From Betaproteobacteria bacterium (GTDB taxonomy: Bacteria > Pseudomonadota > Gammaproteobacteria > Burkholderiales > JAHFQX01), in the NCBI GenBank assembly GCA_023259135.1, contig JAHFQX010000009.1:2519-66518 (forward strand): a stretch of 64,000 nucleotides of DNA. Direction: 5' to 3'. The notes under the pieces were generated by a model that saw nothing but the letters and a program-made list of their open reading frames with translations, had not been told where the DNA came from and did not search any database. The translations under genes were made by a program, and so were the position numbers. Below, in pieces: positions 20,332 through 27,568 of this stretch. Every line of letters begins with the position of its first letter. Positions within the stretch are counted from its first letter, which is position 1.

Positions 20332-20392
20332 CCAGCCTGGGGCTGGCGCCGCTCTAGTGGGAAACCCCAAAAAAAGCCATGGGGTTTCTTGT
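20331..20392 (+). terminator. Candidate terminator region after gloA (two hairpins)
   Basis: GCCAGCC-TGG-GGCTGGC (20331-20347), then GAAACCCCA-loop-TGGGGTTTC (20361-20388) followed by TTGT. The U-tract is weak. Confidence 0.4.
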
Positions 20393-20460
20393 CCGGGAAC
20401 CCACGCTCTATACCGGGAACCGTAGGGATTGCGCGGATTCCGCGACAAGGGGAGAGATGC

Positions 20461-21804
20461 ATGAAGAAGTCCGTTCGGCGGCTGGTTGCGGGGTTGGCAA
20501 TATGCTTCACGTTCACGGCGGGGGCCGTGGCCGCCAGTCCAGACTTGGAAAAAGCCGCCGCCCTGATGCGGGAAGGAAAGGCCGCCGAGGCCTATGCCTT
20601 GTTGGAGCCTTTCGAGTTCGAGCAAGCCGGCAATGTCCAATTCGATTATCTGTTGGGCATCGCTGCCCTGGACAGCGGCAAGCCCGATAAAGCGACGTTG
20701 ATCTTCGAGCGGGTGCTGGCAGTGGACCCGAACTTCGCCGGTGCCCGGCTGGATATGGCTCGGGCCTATTTCCAATTGGGGGACCATGTCCGGGCCAAGG
20801 CCGAATTCGAAACGGTATTGTCCCAGAACCCACCGGCCAGTGCCCGGGCGGCGGTGGAAAAATATCTTGCGGCCATCGAGCAGGCCGAAAAAGCTAAGCG
20901 CGCTCGCTTCGTCGGCTATGTGGAAGGCATGCTGGGCCGCGACAACAACGTCAACAACTCCACTAGCCAGAACCAAATCGCCGTTCCTGCTCTGGGCAAC
21001 CTGCTGTTCACCCTTAATCCCACCAATGTCAAGACCGCTGATTCCTACCTTGGGGTGGGGGCCGGCGGAGAGGTCACCCACCAATTGATTCCCGGGCTGT
21101 CGCTTTATGCCGGCGGGGATGTGCGGCATCGCAGCCACGACCAGCAAGACCGGTTCGATTTCTTGAGCGCCGACGGCCGTGTCGGTTTGGTGACGGGGGA
21201 TGCCCAGGGGGGATTCCGGTTCGGGTTCACCGGCGGCAAGCGCTATCAGGATGCTCAGACCCAGTTCGATAACAGCGGCGCCAACGTGGAGTGGCGGCGC
21301 ATGCTGGACGGCGCCAACCAACTTAGCCTGTTTGGCCAGGCTCAGAGCTACCGATTTGGCAACAACGCCATTGCCACCTCAGTGAACAACTTCAACCAGT
21401 CCGGCGTTGGCGGGACTTGGCTGCGGGCGCTGGGCGGCGGAAAGGGGGTGGTGTTTGCCAGCCTGACTCTCGGGACCGAAAGCGCCATAGAGCGGGCCGA
21501 CGGCGGCAAGCGTTTCCATGGGGCCCGGGTTGGGGGCCAGCTGAATATCCATGAGCGGGCCGATGTATTTGCTGCTGTCGGCGCCCAGTTCGGCAAGTTC
21601 GATAAACCCAACGCCGCGTTCCTCGCCACCCGCGAGGACGACCAATACGATTTCACCGTAGGGCTTAATTACCGCCTCGAAGGATCGTGGGTCGGATGGT
21701 CGGTCCGGCCGATGCTGAGCTATTCCAGAAATGATTCCAACATCGGGATTTACGAATACGATCGTACCGATGTTTTCGTCGCTTTGCGGCGGGATTTCAA
21801 GTAA
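20461..21804 (+). CDS. Slam-like outer-membrane translocon (N-terminal TPR + C-terminal DUF560-type beta-barrel); putative type XI secretion component
   Basis: ATG 20461 with RBS AAGGGGAGAG. Signal peptide MKKSVRRLVAGLAICFTFTAGAVA. TPR-like helices (LDSGKPDKATLIFERVLAVDPNFAGARLDMARAYFQLGDHVRAKAEFETVL). A ~300-aa amphipathic beta region ends SYSRNDSNIGIYEYDRTDVFVALRRDFK. Confidence 0.7.
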   Translation: MKKSVRRLVAGLAICFTFTAGAVAASPDLEKAAALMREGKAAEAYALLEPFEFEQAGNVQFDYLLGIAALDSGKPDKATLIFERVLAVDPNFAGARLDMARAYFQLGDHVRAKAEFETVLSQNPPASARAAVEKYLAAIEQAEKAKRARFVGYVEGMLGRDNNVNNSTSQNQIAVPALGNLLFTLNPTNVKTADSYLGVGAGGEVTHQLIPGLSLYAGGDVRHRSHDQQDRFDFLSADGRVGLVTGDAQGGFRFGFTGGKRYQDAQTQFDNSGANVEWRRMLDGANQLSLFGQAQSYRFGNNAIATSVNNFNQSGVGGTWLRALGGGKGVVFASLTLGTESAIERADGGKRFHGARVGGQLNIHERADVFAAVGAQFGKFDKPNAAFLATREDDQYDFTVGLNYRLEGSWVGWSVRPMLSYSRNDSNIGIYEYDRTDVFVALRRDFK

Positions 21805-21818
21805 CCGGGGGGCGGCCA

Positions 21819-24800
21819 GTGGGTAACAATCCAAAGATTTTGGTTTGCGCGCTAGCGCTATTGACGCTGGGCTTGGCGGCAGACAATGCCAGGGCGGCGG
21901 CGGGGCGCTTCCAATTCGTCTCCGGAGATGTGCGGGTGGTAAACCCCGCCGGAGTGGAACGCCCGGCGAAGAAAGGCGATGCCGTGGAGGAAGGCGACAC
22001 CGTGGCGACTGGCGGGTTGGCCAGCGCCCAATTGCTGATGAGCGACAACGGCCTCATCGCCCTGCGGCCCGACAGCCGGTTGCGGGTGGACAGCTACGTT
22101 TATCCCGGTAAGGAGGACGGCAGCGAGAAAGGATTCCTGTCGCTGCTGCGGGGCGGATTCCGAACCATCACCGGCGTCATCGGTCGCAGCAACAAGCAGA
22201 ACTACTTGGTCCGTACGCCCACCGCCACCATTGGCATTCGAGGCACCGACCACGAGCCGGTATTCATCCCGGTTCCTGCTCCGGGTCAGATCCCTTTGGG
22301 GAATCCCGGAACCTATGACAAAGTGAATGTCGGGGCGGCCTACATCCAAACCCCCCAAGGCTCGGTGAATATCGCTCCCAACCAGGTGGGTTTTGCCGCC
22401 CCCAACGTGGCGCCGGTGCTGTTGCCGCGGATTCCCGATTTCTACAAGGCTACCCCTGCCGTCCAACCGGCTGCCGCCCGCCAGGCCCAGGCCGAGGAGC
22501 GGCCGGCGATGGCCGAGACCCGCCCCGCCCAACATGAGGAAGCGAGGCCCGTCCGGGAGACTGCCGCGGCCGATGCCCCGGCCACCGCTCCGCCGCCGCC
22601 CCCCACTCCCGTCCCTGCCCCGGCGACGGCGCAGACTCAGATTCCCATTACCACCGTCGATAGCGCCGGCTCCACCATCAACCTGACCGCTCAGACCATT
22701 ACCTCCTCCACCGGGCAGACAACCTCCCTCGCCAACCCGCTGACCAATCCGGCTTCGGCTCCCGCCAACCGCTTCGGACATGGGGTGCTTGCGACCCGGG
22801 CGGTGGCGGGGGGAGCGGAAAGGACGGATTTCGGTAATCTGCTACCCGCTACCCACCTCAATTATTTGCTCAATAACGCCGGGCAATTGGTGGAAGTCGC
22901 CCATACCGCTTATGTGAGCAAGAGCTACAACTATCAGCCTGTTCCCGGTTCCATCCAAGATGCCAAGCTGGTTTTCTCGGACGGCGTCGGGAAGGACGCG
23001 TTCAAGGCCGCCGACGGCAGCGCGATGATAGGGCGCTGGGAAGGCGGGAGGATCACCGTGACGGATCTCGTCGCCACAGGGGCCTTGGCGCCGTTTGCCG
23101 TGGAGCTGGGCCCCCGGAGCGCGCACTGGGTCTTGGCCTCCATGCCCGGCTCTCCCTATTCCGGAGCCTTCGGGCCGGTGGAGTACCCCCAAACCCTGAT
23201 CGGCTCGACGAATTATTCGCTCTTGGGGGCGACCCATCCCACCGATAGCGCGGGAAATGTGGGGATATTGAACACGGCGGCGCTGATCGCCGATTTCACC
23301 AGGCAGAACGTCAACCTCAATCTGGGAATGAATTTCAGCATCCTCGATTCCGCGCATCCCAGCACCCGGAATCTCGCCATTTCCGGGGCCGGAAGCGGGC
23401 CTATCCGATTTGGGGGATATCAAGGAACGATTTCGGCCACCTGCTCCGGCGCTGATTGCGCGGCGGCCAACTATGGCGGCTTTTTCCGGGGGAATTTTGC
23501 CGGGGCCCAAGCGGCGACCACCGCGCTGCGGTACGGACTCGATCCTTTCATCGCCGCCCCCGCCGCCCAGCAACCATTTACCGACTCGATTCAAGGGAGC
23601 GTCGTACTGACGGGGAGGGTCCCGGCGCAAGGGAGCGTCAACCCGGCGTCCGGTACCGCCGGCCTATTCCGTCACGAGGCGATTCATGCCGTGAACGGGG
23701 ATGCCGCCACTCCGGGCTTCGCGCTTCCAGCCCCGAATAGCGCATTGATTGCCGTCAGCCGCAATGGCGCCGACGTCGTCACCTCGAATAATTACCTCTT
23801 CGATTCCAACGGCAATCTGATCCGGCTCCAAAGTACGCCTTATGCCGAATCCGATCACGCCACGAGCATGTTCAGTCTGGCGAACACCCGCACAAGTTTT
23901 GCCGGAGGCGTGGCGGCCGAGCATTATTTCGATGCCGCTGCCGGAATCCGCATGGGGCGTTGGCAGGGGGGAGAGGTTGTCGTCGAGGATTTGACGGCCG
24001 AATCAGCTCTCGTCAATCCGCTGGGCAATCGCAGCGCGGCCTGGGTGGTGGCGGAACGCCCGGTCGCCATGCCGGTCTCCGGCGTCTACCATTACACTCG
24101 AACCCTGGGCACGGCCCCCACGGACAGCTACGGTAACGTGGGAACCTTGGAAGGAGCCCGGCTGGCGGTGGATTTCGGCGCCATGCAGGTCTATCCCGGG
24201 GTGCGGGTTTCCATCAACAGCGGCGCGGGTGGGGCCTTGGGCTCCCAAGAGATCCGGGCCAGCGCATCGGGTATTCCCATCGGTCCGGCCTATTCCGGAG
24301 AGTCTCCGGCCAGCGGTTTTAACGTTTCGAGCGCGGATACCAACCCTCTGCTTATCGGTTGCTACGGTCCGGGTTGCGCTCCGGGGACTTCCTACGGCGG
24401 CCGCATCCGCGGTGGTTTTTCCGGCGATGCCGTCCAGGGAGCTTATTTCCGTTACACCTTCAATACCCTTTATCCTGACGCCGCCACGGCAACCTCTTTC
24501 GGCAGGGTGAGGGACGATTACATCAGCGGCTTGGTGGCTTTCAATCGAGGGCCCGAAATTCTTCCTCCCGGCCCTGCTGGAGCCAATATTGCTACCACGT
24601 ACTTCTCCGGCACCTTCAATGTCAACGATGCGTTTTACGCCAATCAATTCGAAACCTCTCCGGTTACCGCCACTCCCCCCGGATTTACGCTGGATGGCGC
24701 TGGCAACCTGCTTTCCGCGCGCGACGCTCCGTTCAGTGACCCCCATCAAGAAACTCTCGCTGGAGGGATCGCCAGGGATTTTGGCCAAGCCGGAAATTTT

Positions 24801-26273
24801 GCCGCCACCGGCATTACCTTTGGGCGTTGGGAGGGGCAGAAGGCCGATGGCAGCGGTCCCGCCTTGCTGATTTCCGGGAACGATTCTCAAGGTAATTTCA
24901 GCAACCGTGCGGTCCTGGGAAGTTATCACTGGGTCAAGGGACCGGAGAGTTTTCCGGTGTATCTCTCCGCCGTGTTGAGCGGAACGGCGACGTATAGCCT
25001 GGATGGCCATACGCCGCCCACCAATCAGAACAACGTGACGGGATCTGTCAACTCGGCTAGCTTGGCGGTAAATTTCGATCGCCAAGCAGTCAATCTGGGG
25101 ATTAATCTCAGCATTCCGGCGGGTTGCGGCGGGATCTGCGCCTGGAGTGCCACGGCTACGAATGTGAAGCTGCAGGATTTTTCCGGAGGCTTCGACGCCG
25201 GATCATCAACATTCCCAGCATTGCATAATACCGTGGGGGTGACCCTCAACGGCGCCCCGGCCTTCGGAAGAGTCCAAGGCGAATTGACCGGGGTCGGGCT
25301 CAGCGGCGCCGGAGTGACCTACGCCTTCGGCGGCAACAGCCCTGTTTCCGGCCACGAGCACGTGAATGGCGCATTGGCTTTCAAGGGGCCCGCTCAGGAT
25401 ACGCTGGCCCCTTATCGCATCGGTATCGGAGTGATGGGGTCGACTTCTTTGGGAAGCGTGTTATCGGCTTATCATCTGAGCGAGACCGACCACAACCATT
25501 TCGTGACCATCGAAGCCCATCCGTTGAATGGGCCCAACAACGTCGCCCTCAATAGCAGCGGCTTGCCGGTGGCCTTCAACGGATCGCTGCCGGCATTCAT
25601 CACGCCGGGCTTCGCTGCGCCTTGTCCGAGCATCCCATGCGTTTCCTATACCGAGAACCCGGTGCGCTTTTCCATTGTCTCGGGCGGAGCCACCGCGGCG
25701 CTGGCCCCGGACTCAGGCAAGGATCCCGCGACGGGAATCACCTGGGGGCGCTATACCGGGGGCATGATTGCCGTTACCGACCGGATCAACGGCTCCCCTT
25801 TGAGCCCTTTGAACGTGGCGAACCAAAGTCTCCATGTCGTTTTGTCCTCTGGACAAGCCGGCCCCACCGTGTTGCCCATTTCCGGAGCCGCCACTTATAC
25901 CTTGGTGGGAAATACCTTGCCGACCGATAATTTGGGCCATGCGGGAACCCTGACCTCGGCCACCTTGAACGCCAACTTCACCGCGAAAATCGTTGATGCA
26001 GCGGTGAATGTGGCGATTAACGGCAACAACTGGGCGGCTACTGCGGTGGGGCTACCCATCATCAAAGGCATCGCTTTCGAGGCGGAGAAGAAATTCGGCG
26101 CTTCCTCCTCGCCCCTGGGGGTGACCGTGAACGGATCGCCTTCCGGAACTGCCGGAACCTTAAGCGGCGTATTCACCGGTCCCGCCGGGGGAGGGGCGAT
26201 GCTGGGATACTCGTTGAATCAAGGCGGAGCCGCCGGTGCCAGCGTCTCGGGAGTAGCGGCTTTTAGGCGCTGA
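21819..26273 (+). CDS. Secreted 1484-aa protein: signal peptide + FecR-like domain + Pro/Ala-rich spacer + four TbpB-lobe-like modules; putative Slam cargo
   Basis: GTG start 14 nt after the Slam-like gene. SPase-I type signal (LALLTLGLAADNARA/AAG). FecR-like region GRFQFVSGDVRV...GDTVATGGLASAQLLMSDNGLIALRPDSRLRV...IGIRGT. Four modules each contain GRW/GRY, a barrel-entry motif and a terminal G-x-hydrophobic-F/L-x-G/R strand. Confidence 0.85.
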   Translation: MGNNPKILVCALALLTLGLAADNARAAAGRFQFVSGDVRVVNPAGVERPAKKGDAVEEGDTVATGGLASAQLLMSDNGLIALRPDSRLRVDSYVYPGKEDGSEKGFLSLLRGGFRTITGVIGRSNKQNYLVRTPTATIGIRGTDHEPVFIPVPAPGQIPLGNPGTYDKVNVGAAYIQTPQGSVNIAPNQVGFAAPNVAPVLLPRIPDFYKATPAVQPAAARQAQAEERPAMAETRPAQHEEARPVRETAAADAPATAPPPPPTPVPAPATAQTQIPITTVDSAGSTINLTAQTITSSTGQTTSLANPLTNPASAPANRFGHGVLATRAVAGGAERTDFGNLLPATHLNYLLNNAGQLVEVAHTAYVSKSYNYQPVPGSIQDAKLVFSDGVGKDAFKAADGSAMIGRWEGGRITVTDLVATGALAPFAVELGPRSAHWVLASMPGSPYSGAFGPVEYPQTLIGSTNYSLLGATHPTDSAGNVGILNTAALIADFTRQNVNLNLGMNFSILDSAHPSTRNLAISGAGSGPIRFGGYQGTISATCSGADCAAANYGGFFRGNFAGAQAATTALRYGLDPFIAAPAAQQPFTDSIQGSVVLTGRVPAQGSVNPASGTAGLFRHEAIHAVNGDAATPGFALPAPNSALIAVSRNGADVVTSNNYLFDSNGNLIRLQSTPYAESDHATSMFSLANTRTSFAGGVAAEHYFDAAAGIRMGRWQGGEVVVEDLTAESALVNPLGNRSAAWVVAERPVAMPVSGVYHYTRTLGTAPTDSYGNVGTLEGARLAVDFGAMQVYPGVRVSINSGAGGALGSQEIRASASGIPIGPAYSGESPASGFNVSSADTNPLLIGCYGPGCAPGTSYGGRIRGGFSGDAVQGAYFRYTFNTLYPDAATATSFGRVRDDYISGLVAFNRGPEILPPGPAGANIATTYFSGTFNVNDAFYANQFETSPVTATPPGFTLDGAGNLLSARDAPFSDPHQETLAGGIARDFGQAGNFAATGITFGRWEGQKADGSGPALLISGNDSQGNFSNRAVLGSYHWVKGPESFPVYLSAVLSGTATYSLDGHTPPTNQNNVTGSVNSASLAVNFDRQAVNLGINLSIPAGCGGICAWSATATNVKLQDFSGGFDAGSSTFPALHNTVGVTLNGAPAFGRVQGELTGVGLSGAGVTYAFGGNSPVSGHEHVNGALAFKGPAQDTLAPYRIGIGVMGSTSLGSVLSAYHLSETDHNHFVTIEAHPLNGPNNVALNSSGLPVAFNGSLPAFITPGFAAPCPSIPCVSYTENPVRFSIVSGGATAALAPDSGKDPATGITWGRYTGGMIAVTDRINGSPLSPLNVANQSLHVVLSSGQAGPTVLPISGAATYTLVGNTLPTDNLGHAGTLTSATLNANFTAKIVDAAVNVAINGNNWAATAVGLPIIKGIAFEAEKKFGASSSPLGVTVNGSPSGTAGTLSGVFTGPAGGGAMLGYSLNQGGAAGASVSGVAAFRR
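22776..26270 (+). repeat. Four tandem protein-level modules (~280-310 aa each) inside the giant ORF
   Basis: Approximate module limits: aa 320-600, 601-910, 911-1190, 1191-1484 (nt 22776-23618, 23619-24548, 24549-25388, 25389-26270). Conserved anchors are listed in the findings. No long DNA-level identity was seen by eye. Confidence 0.65.
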
Positions 26274-26604
26274 ACCTGGCCATAGGGGGGCGGTGCGGGG
26301 CGTTTGCCGATTTCCGCCAAGGTGTCTCCTCCGCCACCTTGCGGTAGGGCCCGCCGAGGGCCACTGATCGTTCGGCGATTTTTCTGGCTTCCTTCATTCT
26401 GCCTAGCCGCACCCACACCTGAGCCAGGCTGTTGAGGGCGGCGTCGGGAGTCCGGGTGCAGAACGGTTGCGCGGCGAAACAAAGATTCCGCTAATTTGAG
26501 CCGCTTGAGTTGAGGGGAAGGGCCGGTCGGGCGGAGGGGCCTGCGTATCCGGTCAGAGCCAGGATCAGCCAGCCCGCTAAAGCGATCCGGCACGAAAAAG
26601 TCAT
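26263..26604 (-). pseudogene. 114-codon frame with one in-frame TAG: signal-peptide-like N-terminus + TPR-like helix pair (possible disrupted gene)
   Basis: ATG 26604: MTFSCRIALAGWLILALTGYAGPSARPALPLNSSGSN, TAG at 26491-26493, then RNLCFAAQPFCTRTPDAALNSLAQVWVRLGRMKEARKIAERSVALGGPYRKV... to TAA at 26263. Codon-by-codon hand translation. Confidence 0.3.
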
Positions 26605-26694
26605 GGAAACGAGTTGCAGAAAAATCCGATCCCGACGGGAGGAGGAACGCCGGGACCGGATAAGGAAGGGTTTATTTAACGCATCAACTCGGCG

Positions 26695-27222
26695 TCAGCC
26701 CAGGGCGGCGACCGAGCCGTTGATCACCTTTACTTTTTCTCCGATGTTGACGGCGGGTTGATAAGCTTGATATAGCGTCCGCACCGTGCCATCGTCCATG
26801 CGCACTCGAATCACGTAGCGGGAGCTTTTCTTCGATTCCCGCTCCACGTTGTTGCCGACATAAGCTCCCCCGGCAGCCCCCAGCAGCGTGGCTACCGTTC
26901 TGCCATCGCCGCCACCGACTTGGTTGCCCAGAATGCCGCCGACTACGCCCCCGGTGACGGCGCCTAGACCGCTTCCCTGTCCTCTTATCTCGGTTATACG
27001 GATGGACTCTACGACCCCGCAGTTGGAACAGGTCGAGGCGACGGTTGCCGTCCGATGCCCGGGGGCAGCGGAAGATCTGGCGGCGGAAAGATTTTCCGAC
27101 TCGGCTTTGGGAATCTTGCCGGTCATGGTGGCGATTCCCACTATGCTGAACAGAATGACGGAAATAGCTGCTATCACCATCAACGGATACAGCAGTTTTT
27201 TCGACTCCATTTTCGATTCCAT
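26695..27222 (-). CDS. Glycine-zipper 2TM / 17-kDa-antigen-like membrane protein
   Basis: ATG 27222 with RBS GGAGAC. N-terminal TM anchor. CSNCGVVESI. Glycine zippers GLGAVTGGVVGGILGNQVGGG and LLGAAGGAYVGN. Confidence 0.8.
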   Translation of the reverse strand: MESKMESKKLLYPLMVIAAISVILFSIVGIATMTGKIPKAESENLSAARSSAAPGHRTATVASTCSNCGVVESIRITEIRGQGSGLGAVTGGVVGGILGNQVGGGDGRTVATLLGAAGGAYVGNNVERESKKSSRYVIRVRMDDGTVRTLYQAYQPAVNIGEKVKVINGSVAALG

Positions 27223-27289
27223 GATGTCTCCTAAATTATAATAAAGAAGCGCTCCGCTCGGATGCCGGGCAAGCGTTCTCCCACTATAA

Positions 27290-27305
27290 AGCAGCGATTG
27301 TGCCA
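27290..27305 (-). promoter_or_regulatory. Sigma-54 (-24/-12) promoter candidate for the glycine-zipper gene
   Basis: Minus strand reads TGGCAC-AATCG-CTGCT, which keeps the GG-N10-GC spacing. It lies ~70 nt upstream of ATG 27222. Confidence 0.65.
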
Positions 27306-27371
27306 TGTTTAAAAATTAATAATAAAACAGTTGATTACGAAATTTTTTGGCAACGATGGGAAGATGAAATG

Positions 27372-27389
27372 TGTCGGGAAGCGGAGACG
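27372..27389. promoter_or_regulatory. GlrR/QseF-type enhancer box (imperfect)
   Basis: TGTC-GGGAAGCGGA-GACG (TGTC-N10-GACG), ~70 bp upstream of the -24 element. Confidence 0.45.
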
Positions 27390-27439
27390 ATCGGAACAAA
27401 ACGAACTTTTAACTCTTTGAAACATTGGGCAGGCGACTA

Positions 27440-27457
27440 TGTCGTCCAGAAGCGACA
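27440..27457. promoter_or_regulatory. GlrR/QseF-type enhancer box (perfect TGTC-N10-GACA)
   Basis: TGTC-GTCCAGAAGC-GACA, ~140 bp upstream of the -24 element. Confidence 0.55.
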
Positions 27458-27568
27458 ACCATGGCTCTGCGATCCGCCCGCTACGCGGGCGGATCAGGTA
27501 ACCGGCGGAAGAGTAGGCAAAGTTTGAATCGGTAACCGATGGCAATCCGGCGGCAGCCCCGCCATTGT

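Noticed and set aside
19885-21321. 478-aa ORF on the minus strand spanning gloA and the Slam-like gene
   Set aside because: It is antisense to two frames with clear family signatures. Its Arg/Gly/Pro/Ala-rich composition is typical of shadow ORFs in high-GC DNA.
26219-26593. 124-aa track ORF downstream of the giant gene
   Set aside because: It is Arg/Pro/Gly-rich and low in complexity. Another frame of the same strand (26263-26604) looks more protein-like, though it is interrupted by a TAG.
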